A DNA stretch of 20,000 nt from an uncultured virus (IMG/VR IMGVR_UViG_3300021138_000015). Its lineage: Duplodnaviria; Heunggongvirae; Uroviricota; Caudoviricetes. The notes under the pieces are model-generated. The model did no database searches. It worked only from the letters and a program-made list of their open reading frames with translations, and had not been told where the DNA came from. Below are positions 1 through 8,748 of this stretch, in pieces. Position 1 is the stretch's first letter; every line of letters starts with the position of its first letter. The stretch lies in IMG/VR virus record IMGVR_UViG_3300021138_000015, one strand, 5' to 3'. The translations under genes were made by a program, and so were the position numbers.

Positions 1-1599
1 GGTGTCTGTGGTCCATGGTGCATCACCCTTGTTAGGTTTGCCAAAATTGCGTAGTGTTCCATAGTCAAGTTTATTACCATTGGGCGGTGGTAATACTGTA
101 CTAGCTGGTCCACTTCCGGGCTTGGGCGGACAAACTGTAGTTGGCAAGGTCTGCGATGGAATAGCGTTAGGATCAACCCCAGGGGTGGCAGATCTAATCC
201 AGGGTTGATGTGTTGGAAAAACACCAACTATACTTGATGCAGCACCAGTAACAGAATTCCAAAGACCGGTACCCGAATCATAACTGGTGTCAGGATAGTC
301 GGTTTTTTGTAATGTTTTGCTTGAGACTTCTGGAGCATCAGCACCACTGTTAATGTCAACTGTTCCCCCGGCAATGGTAATAGCACCACCAGACCCTACT
401 GTTACTGTGCTACCGGCAGCAGTTAATGCGCCACCAGCACCTATGTTAGTTTTACCACCGTATAATAAAGCCGTAGCCGACGCACTGATGTTAATGTCTG
501 CAGATACAGCATTAATAACTGTGTCGGCATTGATATTAAGTTCTTTGCTGTTAATATTGATATTTCTGTCGGCGTGTAAATTTATATCTTTTTGAGACCT
601 AACACTAAAACTGCCAGCATTGTATATGTTCATGTCACCATGTTTGGCTAACTCAATCCAGGTTGTACCAGTAGAGTTGATAATAAACATAACACCTTCA
701 GTGTCGTTCATTAAAATAGTGTGTCCGCCCGATGATCTTAATCTTACTAGTCTATCTTTACCGGCAGCATCTCCGTCATCCATGACAAAGCTATGCCCAC
801 CATTACGAGCTTTAACCACGTAGTCTGTGGTTTTGAAAGTTCCGCTTTGAAGTTTTGCTTGATAATTAGGGTCGTTAGACGGATCGCCGGCACCGTGCGC
901 TCTACCAGGAGTACTAATACCAAAAACAGAACTAGGGCTTTCTCGTTGGCTACTGCTACTAATAGCACCGCGCACAGGATCGCGATCTAGACCCTGTTGA
1001 AATAGTATGCTGGCCTGTGTTTCGTGTATAGGTTTAGGATTATTGTAAAATGCAGATGTATAGGCATTATTGTCATTTTCGTTAAATTCAACAACCGGTA
1101 GTGTTTGACTATTGTCATTGAGCAAACTTTTTTTAACTGTGGCTGACACATGGCTGGTATCTTCTTCAGCCTGTGGAGCACCGGCTATACCAGGAACCAT
1201 ATGGTGGCTAAGTGTGGGATTTACACAAGCAAACCAATAACCGCGATCTGGGTCACCGTTGACAAAAGTGCATAATACTTGGTTGTTTAAGTCGGGTGGA
1301 ACCATCCACATACCATAGGTATGATTAGTAGTGTTGAATGCGTTGTTGGCTGTTGCTGGACCTACAAAAGTTGCTCCAAAGAAAGGACTGGCATAGCTGA
1401 CTGTTTGCCAATAATCTTCTTGATCCTCAGTACCGCCAAAGTCAGGAATCCAAACACGCAGTCGTCCACCGCGTATAGGGTCAGAGTTGTCTTTGACCAC
1501 TCCCATGTAGGTGGCCGCGTCGTATTTTATACCCGAAGCACGGGTTCTGTCCGTCCACTTGGGTAATTTTGATCCTACTACGCCGTTAATTTGTCCCAT
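1..1599 (-). CDS. gp5: Baseplate central spike protein, T4 gp5/VgrG-like (3' end runs off the window)
   Basis: Absent from the ORF track because it is truncated. Manual translation from ATG 1599 gives [15 protein letters not shown]...[26 protein letters not shown]...[31 protein letters not shown], typical of the gp5 N-terminal OB fold (DP..GR.RV). It is followed by [13 protein letters not shown]-like/[10 protein letters not shown] segments and Gly/Ile/Asn-rich beta-helix repeats ([28 protein letters not shown]). Confidence 0.85.
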   Translation of the reverse strand, partial: [533 protein letters not shown]

Positions 1600-1605
1600 A
1601 TTGTA

Positions 1606-1613
1606 TATTTAAT
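1606..1613 (-). promoter_or_regulatory. Putative T4-type late promoter (ATTAAATA), 6 nt before the gp5-like ATG
   Basis: The TAAATA core recurs in front of most structural genes in this window. No Shine-Dalgarno is visible. Confidence 0.55.
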
Positions 1614-1621
1614 TGATTAAT

Positions 1622-4429
1622 TTAAGCAAAAGAAATATCCTCGCCTATTGCTACTTCGGGTCCTGAGTCTGTGATGGCCGCAAGATCTGTTGTGTCTGCG
1701 TCTGATATTCCATCGTCAGTTGGGTCATTGTATAAATCACTGGTATCATCAAAAACCTGTGAGTCACTGGTGCTGTCATCTAAGGCCTCTGGTGGAGCAT
1801 TTTCCTCAGCAAACGGATCTAGTGGGAGATCTTCAAGACTTGGTATATCAGATATATTGTTAAGTAAGGAACCAGAAATTTTAGGATTATTGGCCAGTGC
1901 AGATTTTGCAACAGGTTTAACCGGATCTTCCTGGCGAGTTCGGTCTGTGCCTTTGGTGCGCAGATCTTCTGCTTGGTTTGGTTCTCTTACCATTTCTAAA
2001 GTTTGTGTAAATCGACCCTGACGAAACTCTGAATCTACTACAAGTATTCTATAAAGACCGCTGAATGCCGAAGTTGTTTCGGTATTGTTATAGTAGCTTA
2101 GTCCTTTGCCGGTAGTGTCAATATCTGCTGGTGTTTTAAAAGTTACTCTACAATAAACTGCACCGGCGTCCATGTTTAGACTGCTGCCTGTGTCTGAAGA
2201 AACCCGAGCGCCACCCGGAGTATAACCTTTTGATTCGGGCGTGAAAAATATATCGTCTTGTTTAATAAAATCGGGATCACCAACTATCTGTAGTTTTAAA
2301 TGTAGCATGTCTCCACTTAGTTGGCTATATACACTGTCTTTAAAACTCTGTGCGTTTTGTTTATCTCCGTCTTTGATAGCACCAGCAGTACTGTTATTGG
2401 TGTTGTTAATTACTGCTTCTTGCATAGTTGGCAACACTTCGTAACCGGTTTTTTTGGCACTCTTGCCCGCAGGAGGACTGATAGTCTGCGACTTTGGTGT
2501 TAGACCCGTATCTTCTTTGTTCTTTTTATTGACCTGTATGGCTGTAAAAAATAGTGCGTTAAAATCCATATCAAAATTAATAACATCACGATTTTTTCCA
2601 GTGTATAAAAAATCGTATTCTTTAACCGGCGGTGGCAAAGTTGAAATTGGAGCTCGCTCGTCACGCATGTTATAGTGTATGTAAGGTCTAATATAATAGG
2701 TAATCTTTTTAGCCCAGGTTTGTCGTGTGCTGTCAAATCCAGCAAGTTCGACTTTTGGAACAATTCGATACCAGTAAATCTGTTTTGCACCCAAGGCTGT
2801 GACTATACTGTCAGGATTGTTAGTGGTTGCAGTTTTTGATTCTGCATTGGTCAATTGATTCAGTATATAACTGCTGTTGGTAATCACAGTATCAACAACT
2901 GATTGTATACTAGTACCAGCATTAATAGCAAATGTTCCTGAGTTAAGTTGGTTAATGGGCGCACTGGCAGTGGTAGCCGATAGTGTAGGGTCATTGCTTC
3001 TGACCGCAGTATTTTTTCCAGCAGCACCTTGGCTGGTCATTGTAGTTTTTTTAGCGTCTGTTTTAAAACTTAAAGTTGCTGAACCCAATAGTGGAACTCC
3101 GACTAAGCCCACTGTTGATCCTTCTTGTATTACAAACGAAATCTGATCGGCCTGTGACATGGCCTGTCCTGATTTTTGCAAAGAACCAAACCAGGCGTTG
3201 TAGGCCGCTGCAAATCCATTACTGGTTTTAATTGAAGGTGGAGGTGTTGTATTTTTTGTTTCTGTGGTTCCTCCCGGGGTTCTAACAGCAGAATTTGCGC
3301 CAGTTGCATCGGGTTGTGTTACTGCCTGTGCATTTCCTGGAGGGTCTTGATACGCACCAGGATCTAGTTCTCCGCTGGTGGCCACTTGATTTTGAACATC
3401 TACTCTTATAGCATCATCTTGAATCTGTGTTTTTGCTGCCGTAACCGATGCTGTAGTTGAAGCATCAGCTGATCTGTTGTTTAAAAAATCACTGACTGTG
3501 GTAGCAACAATTTCAACCTGTACCGGTACTGCCTGTGTAGTAGAAAAATTAGCCTGATGCCCAAACGGCACGGCTTCGATCTGATATTCTGTGCCTCTTA
3601 CGCCGGCTCGCATTTTCATATTGATTAATCTGATAGGTATGCGTTTGGTTAGATTTGAAAGTGCGGCTGGGTTACCAGAATCATCATAGCCAAAAAAATC
3701 TAACTGTAACACATACGGAATAACAAGATAATTTTCTATTCGTAGTGTATTTTCAGTAAGATCCAATAGTCTATTGATCAAGGTCATGCCATAAGGCTCA
3801 ATGATAGTAAAACTTAAATTCACCGCATTTGATGCTTTATTCTGAGCATTCATGCCTATTACAGTTTTCATTTTAAAATCTTCAAAATAAAAATCATCTT
3901 TAAAGTATTTGCTACGTGTATCGTGAAATCTGCTGGCTGAACTGATCAAGGTGGCGGTATATTTGAGATTTTTAGGGTCAGCCAACAGTTCTGAATAGGC
4001 ATTAGAATCTAGTGCGTGTAAAGTCAAACCATATGTATAACCCGGATAGTTGTGTAATATGTTATCTAAGGTATTGCCAGTAGAAGTAGTACTGGTTGAA
4101 GAAGTGCTAGTTGCTTTAGTATTAATCGAGCCATCTTCGGCATTGGCAGTACTGGGATTTGACGTCAGTGATGCTTGTTGCGCTGGGTCTGGAGTATAAG
4201 GAACTGCTTCGCCTTCACTGTCCCAAGCATTAGGATTGTAAGGGTCAATGTTGGCGGCTTCGGTATCTGTTATTGCAGGTGTTCCACTAGGAACTGCTGT
4301 GCCGGTATTTTGTGTTTGTGCTGTGGCTAAACTACTGGTAGGATCTAACTCAGGACTATTTGGGGGTATTTCATTGACTACGGCATCTATGGCTGTATTT
4401 GATGAAGCTGTATCAGAAAAATCTGCCAT
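1622..4429 (-). CDS. Large baseplate hub-like structural protein (gp27/GpD-like fold inferred) with low-complexity N- and C-terminal tails
   Basis: 935 aa. Contains segments typical of hub proteins (LSFTIIEPYG, LQIVGDPDFIKQ, FSGLYRILVVDSEFRQGRFTQTLEMVR) and lies between the gp53-like and gp5-like genes. N-terminus is Thr/Ser/Pro-rich and C-terminus is acidic. Confidence 0.6.
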   Translation of the reverse strand: MADFSDTASSNTAIDAVVNEIPPNSPELDPTSSLATAQTQNTGTAVPSGTPAITDTEAANIDPYNPNAWDSEGEAVPYTPDPAQQASLTSNPSTANAEDGSINTKATSTSSTSTTSTGNTLDNILHNYPGYTYGLTLHALDSNAYSELLADPKNLKYTATLISSASRFHDTRSKYFKDDFYFEDFKMKTVIGMNAQNKASNAVNLSFTIIEPYGMTLINRLLDLTENTLRIENYLVIPYVLQLDFFGYDDSGNPAALSNLTKRIPIRLINMKMRAGVRGTEYQIEAVPFGHQANFSTTQAVPVQVEIVATTVSDFLNNRSADASTTASVTAAKTQIQDDAIRVDVQNQVATSGELDPGAYQDPPGNAQAVTQPDATGANSAVRTPGGTTETKNTTPPPSIKTSNGFAAAYNAWFGSLQKSGQAMSQADQISFVIQEGSTVGLVGVPLLGSATLSFKTDAKKTTMTSQGAAGKNTAVRSNDPTLSATTASAPINQLNSGTFAINAGTSIQSVVDTVITNSSYILNQLTNAESKTATTNNPDSIVTALGAKQIYWYRIVPKVELAGFDSTRQTWAKKITYYIRPYIHYNMRDERAPISTLPPPVKEYDFLYTGKNRDVINFDMDFNALFFTAIQVNKKNKEDTGLTPKSQTISPPAGKSAKKTGYEVLPTMQEAVINNTNNSTAGAIKDGDKQNAQSFKDSVYSQLSGDMLHLKLQIVGDPDFIKQDDIFFTPESKGYTPGGARVSSDTGSSLNMDAGAVYCRVTFKTPADIDTTGKGLSYYNNTETTSAFSGLYRILVVDSEFRQGRFTQTLEMVREPNQAEDLRTKGTDRTRQEDPVKPVAKSALANNPKISGSLLNNISDIPSLEDLPLDPFAEENAPPEALDDSTSDSQVFDDTSDLYNDPTDDGISDADTTDLAAITDSGPEVAIGEDISFA

Positions 4430-4432
4430 AGT

Positions 4433-4738
4433 TTAAAGCCCTAGGTCTGAGGTTAACGTTGCTTTATTAGGAATGTATATGGTAGTACCGGCACGGAAGT
4501 CCAGCAGTGGATCTTCAATTGTGTTAGGATTGCGAGCAGCAAATACCCACCATAGTCCTGAATCGCCATATAGGTCAAAGGCCAACATGTCGGGTCTAAA
4601 CTGATAGATAGAATTTATAGTATAAACTACATCATCGGGTTTGGTAGTAATGGGCCTATATGATAGAATGTCAAGGAAAGGCCCAAAGCTACTGGTAGTA
4701 TAGTATGCGCTATTTTTTTTGTAAGTAGGTGTGGACAT
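4433..4738 (-). CDS. Baseplate wedge protein, gp53/LysM-like
   Basis: 101 aa with the motif YQFRPDMLAFDLYGDSGLWWVFAARN...DP...G..IYIP, characteristic of gp53/tail-X LysM-like proteins. Confidence 0.8.
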   Translation of the reverse strand: MSTPTYKKNSAYYTTSSFGPFLDILSYRPITTKPDDVVYTINSIYQFRPDMLAFDLYGDSGLWWVFAARNPNTIEDPLLDFRAGTTIYIPNKATLTSDLGL

Positions 4739-5949
4739 TATAAGAATCCTGCTGTATCTTTACTGCCTGGGTTACCTAACAGTGCTCCACTGGCAAATTT
4801 ATTTAGACTAAAATTGTCGTATACATTACGACGACTGTATACTGGCTGTAGAGTAACCTGTAGTTGACTGCTAGTAGGTAACCTTACTGTGCCGGTACTA
4901 CTTGTGGGATTCTGATTAGGATTATTAGTAGTTCCAGTGTTTGTAGGTATTTCTAAATAGTCAACATTATCAGGCATGGTGTGTTGGAACGAGGTAATTA
5001 CACAGCTGACATGTGGCAAATAATATTGCCCATACCCGTCTAAGAATACAATTGGCGGTGGATTACCTGCAGTATCAGTTTTTTCCTGTGTGCCAAAAAA
5101 CATTTTAGTACAGGTTCTAAAAAAGTATATGGCATCCAGTAGATACTGCCCTTCAGTGACATTTTGTACAGTAAATTCGCCAGCAATGGTAATTGCTGCC
5201 ACATCTGAGCCTTCGTAAAAGTAATTTTTATAATTGCTGTGTGTCAGTGCCTGTTCTTGATATCTAGCATTGTGCGTAATTGTCACTGTAGGAATGTAGG
5301 GAAATATTACACCATTGGTTTTATCAATCAAGGTGTTCTTGCCAAATATAGGCGAAGCCAACAATGGACTTTGGCTTGGTAAGCTGATACGTATGCGCCA
5401 ATCTTTTTCTTTAGGAGTTCCGGCAACAGTATTAATATTAACTGTAGGATCCCCGGTTGGTCCTCCGGTATTTGACCCACCAAGATTAAGTCCCGACGCA
5501 GCTAATCTGCCTAAATTAGGATTCAGCAGTGAAGCAGTTGACCCTACTCCGTTCAGTAGATTGGGCCCAATGTTTCTAGCATAATCAACAGCACTGCTGG
5601 CACTTCTACTAATAAACCCTCCGGCTTGACTTAAAAAACCAGATGTATTTGGCGAAGTTTCTATAGGATCAGGAATAGACGGAGTACTGGATACTGTTCC
5701 TTCGTTGTCCGTGATAATAGTACTACCGTCATCAAAGGTTTGAATTGAGCTACCGTCGTCGTATATTGTTTGTCCTGGAATACCGTAGGTAGACGTGTTG
5801 GCAGTTGCAGTTTCTGCTTGCGCTAAACTGTTAGCAGTTTCTTGGGCTATAGCTTGGTTTGTAATACCGCTAGCAACTGTTTCATCGGTAGTGGTATTAA
5901 CTACGTCCCATAGTCCAGTATCAGCATTTTGTATAACTACATAAGACAT
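4738..5949 (-). CDS. Baseplate/tail-tube initiator-like protein (gp48/gp54-like tube fold inferred)
   Basis: 403 aa. The C-terminal half has GVIFPYIPTVT...HSNY...ITIAGEFT...GNPPPIVFLDGYG...CVITSF..T.P..VDY, typical of tube-initiator proteins. Its stop overlaps the next start (TAATG). Confidence 0.6.
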   Translation of the reverse strand: MSYVVIQNADTGLWDVVNTTTDETVASGITNQAIAQETANSLAQAETATANTSTYGIPGQTIYDDGSSIQTFDDGSTIITDNEGTVSSTPSIPDPIETSPNTSGFLSQAGGFISRSASSAVDYARNIGPNLLNGVGSTASLLNPNLGRLAASGLNLGGSNTGGPTGDPTVNINTVAGTPKEKDWRIRISLPSQSPLLASPIFGKNTLIDKTNGVIFPYIPTVTITHNARYQEQALTHSNYKNYFYEGSDVAAITIAGEFTVQNVTEGQYLLDAIYFFRTCTKMFFGTQEKTDTAGNPPPIVFLDGYGQYYLPHVSCVITSFQHTMPDNVDYLEIPTNTGTTNNPNQNPTSSTGTVRLPTSSQLQVTLQPVYSRRNVYDNFSLNKFASGALLGNPGSKDTAGFL

Positions 5950-5969
5950 TAATGTATCCTTATTACAAG

Positions 5970-5977
5970 TATTTATA
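5970..5977 (-). promoter_or_regulatory. T4-type late promoter TATAAATA for the baseplate operon
   Basis: Exact match to the T4 gp55 late promoter consensus, 20 nt upstream of ATG 5949. An AAGGA Shine-Dalgarno lies in between. Confidence 0.8.
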
Positions 5978-6008
5978 GATAAAATAAACTGCTAATATTA
6001 TAGAATGG

Positions 6009-6037
6009 TTGACCGGTGCAGATAAATATGTTAGTAT
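6009..6037 (+). promoter_or_regulatory. Sigma70-type promoter TTGACC-N17-TAGTAT with extended -10 (TG); a GATAAATA late-like box lies in the spacer (6021-6028)
   Basis: Near-consensus hexamers with 17-nt spacing, in the intergenic region upstream of the gp55-like gene. Confidence 0.7.
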
Positions 6038-6061
6038 GTGCTAACCTGTCAGGAGACAGCA

Positions 6062-6952
6062 ATTAGGAGAACTAAAATTAAGCACAATTATCTCAACAAC
6101 AAAGATATACTCAAAGAAATACACAAGAGCAAAACCACTTACTGTAGTTATACTCGTCAGGAATATCAAGATTATGACATGATATTACCCAGTGTAGAAA
6201 AAATTAATAAAAAGAATACCCTAGAAGCTCGTAAAAATCGTGCCGAACGACTGGCCAAATTAGCACACGAAGCTGCTGTAGCCGAATCCGGCGTCAAGCG
6301 TAAATTAGATGAATTTGAAATAAAACTCCGAGACATTGCTGATACCGATGTGGTATTTCGAATTATGACCTGGGACCATATTCCAGTAGATGATGTTAAA
6401 ACACGCAAAGCACGTATGACAGCACTGGATATTGAAGATTCAGAAGATCCCTTAATTACAGAATATGACGAAGAAGATACTACACACAACAAGTATGTCA
6501 AAGTAAACTTTCCACCTTTTCAGCATTGGAAGGTAAACGATGATGGTGAAGCTGTGTGTGTTGGTAAAAGTCATTGGTCCGGTGGCATGAAAACCGGTAA
6601 GTTTACACGGGATCACGGCAAAATGACTCCTAAACTGGCTCATATGTTTATTAAATTGTGTGAACGCTATGCCACACGTAGCAATTGGCGTGGCTATACC
6701 TATAACGATGAAATGCGTAGCCAGGCACTACTACAACTAAGCCAGATTGGACTACAATTCGATGAATCAAAATCTCAAAACCCTTTTGCCTATTATACTG
6801 CTGCAATTACTAATAGTTTTACTCGTGTTCTTAATATTGAAAAGCGAAATCAAAATCTAAGAGACGATATATTAGAAATGAACAACCTAACTCCAAGCTA
6901 CACTCGTCAGGGCGATTGGGGAGGCGGTATAGGACACGGAGCGGACGAATAA
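6062..6952 (+). CDS. gp55: Late-transcription sigma factor, T4 gp55-like (start uncertain: ATT 6062, ATT 6077 or GTG 6038)
   Basis: N-terminal NYLNNKDILKEI and C-terminal NWRGYTYNDEM...FDESKSQNPFAYYT..I.NSF.R.LNIEK match gp55 motifs. It lies directly upstream of gp47/gp46, as in T4-like phages. Confidence 0.85.
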   Translation: MRRTKIKHNYLNNKDILKEIHKSKTTYCSYTRQEYQDYDMILPSVEKINKKNTLEARKNRAERLAKLAHEAAVAESGVKRKLDEFEIKLRDIADTDVVFRIMTWDHIPVDDVKTRKARMTALDIEDSEDPLITEYDEEDTTHNKYVKVNFPPFQHWKVNDDGEAVCVGKSHWSGGMKTGKFTRDHGKMTPKLAHMFIKLCERYATRSNWRGYTYNDEMRSQALLQLSQIGLQFDESKSQNPFAYYTAAITNSFTRVLNIEKRNQNLRDDILEMNNLTPSYTRQGDWGGGIGHGADE

Positions 6953-6955
6953 TAT

Positions 6956-6984
6956 TTGATTTTTATCAAATTTTTGTCTATACT
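6956..6984 (+). promoter_or_regulatory. Sigma70-type promoter TTGATT-N17-TATACT, 8 nt before the gp47 ATG (probably leaderless); the -35 lies within the inverted repeat ATTTGAT-N4-ATCAAAT (6954-6971)
   Basis: Hexamers and spacing read directly from the sequence. No Shine-Dalgarno before ATG 6993. Confidence 0.6.
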
Positions 6985-6992
6985 GTACTACT

Positions 6993-8012
6993 ATGACTAA
7001 TCTATTTAAAAAAGCAGCGGTTTTCACTGACGTGCATTTTGGTTTGAAGTCCAACAGTACGCAACACAATGAGGACTGTCTCAATTTTATAAAATGGGCT
7101 ACTGCCCGTGCCCGAGCCGAAGGTTGTGAAACAGCCTTGTTCTTGGGCGACTGGCACAACAATCGTGCATCCATTAATATAGTCACACTCAATTATAGCC
7201 TACGTGCTCTGGAGCACCTAAATGAAAACTTTGATCAAACATACTTTATTCCTGGCAACCACGATCTGTATTATCGCGACAAGCGTGATGTACAAAGTGT
7301 GGAGTGGGCCAAACACCTATCTCGCATCCACATTTGTAACGATTGGACTACTATCGGCGACGTTACTATTGCTCCGTGGCTTGTGGGCGACGACTACAAG
7401 AAGCTGAAAAAACTGTCGGGCAAGTATATGTTTGGGCACTTTGAGTTGCCTGGATACCTAATGAATGCCATGGTGGCCATGCCCGATCACGGTGAAGTAA
7501 ATCCCAAAAACGATTTAGCCGGATTTGAACATGTGTATTCCGGGCACTTTCATAAACGACAGACTCGAGGCAATGTCACATACTTGGGCAACTGTTTCCC
7601 GCATAACTATGCCGACGCCGGAGACGATGATCGAGGGCTTATGATCTTAGAGTGGGGCCAAGAGCCAGTTTATCATAGTTGGCCCGATCAACCCAGATAC
7701 CGTGTATTCCAATTGAGTGATGTGCTCAAGCACACTGAGGCGATGCTACAACCAAATATGCATGTCCGAGTCAATTTGGATATTGATATCAGTTACGAAG
7801 AAGCTACATTTATCAAAGAAACATTTATTGAAACATATCAACTAAGAGAAATTACACTTATACCCGCTAAGGTAACAGACTTAACCGACTACGAAATAGC
7901 CGGTAATATTGAATTTGAGTCTGTGGATCAAATAGTGTATAGTCAACTTAATACCATAGACAGCAAACAATACGATCCAAATTTGTTGCTAGACATCTAT
8001 AGAAATCTATAA
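6993..8012 (+). CDS. gp47: Recombination endonuclease subunit, gp47 (Mre11/SbcD metallophosphoesterase)
   Basis: Phosphoesterase motifs DVHFG, LGDWHN, PGNHD, FGHFE and SGHFH; adjacent to an SMC-like ATPase. Confidence 0.92.
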   Translation: MTNLFKKAAVFTDVHFGLKSNSTQHNEDCLNFIKWATARARAEGCETALFLGDWHNNRASINIVTLNYSLRALEHLNENFDQTYFIPGNHDLYYRDKRDVQSVEWAKHLSRIHICNDWTTIGDVTIAPWLVGDDYKKLKKLSGKYMFGHFELPGYLMNAMVAMPDHGEVNPKNDLAGFEHVYSGHFHKRQTRGNVTYLGNCFPHNYADAGDDDRGLMILEWGQEPVYHSWPDQPRYRVFQLSDVLKHTEAMLQPNMHVRVNLDIDISYEEATFIKETFIETYQLREITLIPAKVTDLTDYEIAGNIEFESVDQIVYSQLNTIDSKQYDPNLLLDIYRNL

Positions 8013-8013
8013 T

Positions 8014-8748
8014 ATGAAAATTTATGTAGCTGGAGATAGTTGGGTTTACGGCGAAGGTTTAAAAAGCCCCAACACACAGGCATGGCCGGCGGTGTTAGGT
8101 AACAAACTAGGTGCAGAGGTATATAACGATTCGTGTTTGTCTGGCTCAAATGAACATTTTGTATATAGAGCAATAAAGCATTTAGAAAAAGATATTGATT
8201 TATATATAATAGTATGGACAAGTGTAGCTAAATTTACTTTTTACAAGTCCGACAATAATTTTGAAGCACATTTTAATCCTTTGCTAGTTCACAAATTTTT
8301 TGGTGAAGAAGATTATTATAAAATATGGGGAAGAACGTTATTCCAAGTTTGGTACAATAGATTGTATGCATTTAAACTGTGGCTACAACAAATTATACAA
8401 CTACAAACAATGTTTACCCAATACAATAAAAATTATCTAATGTTAAACACACATTATAATGACCTAGACCGTTGGTTAAACCCCTGGCCTGAATTTATTG
8501 ATTCAGTTAAAAAATTAATAAATTTTGATTTAATGACCGACGAGCAGATACGTGCCGAATATGACGAAATACAATTTTACCTTAGACAAATAGATACCAA
8601 TAGATTTTATGGATGGAATAGCTTTTATTTACACCAACTAAAAAGTATATTAATTGCAAATAATCATTGGCTAGGGAACCACCCAACGGCTGACGGGCAC
8701 ATGTATATTGCAGATATGCTATATGATAGTGCAAAAAAGTATGTTTAA
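8014..8748 (+). CDS. SGNH/GDSL-hydrolase-like protein
   Basis: N-terminal IYVAGDSWVYG (block I Ser), SGSNE (block II-like) and C-terminal GNHPTADGH..IA (block V His). Confidence 0.65.
   Translation: MKIYVAGDSWVYGEGLKSPNTQAWPAVLGNKLGAEVYNDSCLSGSNEHFVYRAIKHLEKDIDLYIIVWTSVAKFTFYKSDNNFEAHFNPLLVHKFFGEEDYYKIWGRTLFQVWYNRLYAFKLWLQQIIQLQTMFTQYNKNYLMLNTHYNDLDRWLNPWPEFIDSVKKLINFDLMTDEQIRAEYDEIQFYLRQIDTNRFYGWNSFYLHQLKSILIANNHWLGNHPTADGHMYIADMLYDSAKKYV

Noticed and set aside
317..5584. Short + strand ORFs (317..595, 620..823, 1671..2021, 2877..3146, 5315..5584 and others)
   Set aside because: They are antisense shadows of long minus-strand structural genes and have no motifs or ribosome-binding sites.
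8708..8740. TTG start for gp46 at 8708
   Set aside because: The family-typical N-terminus begins at ATG 8741 (MFKIKTLTVKNF), coupled to the upstream stop.
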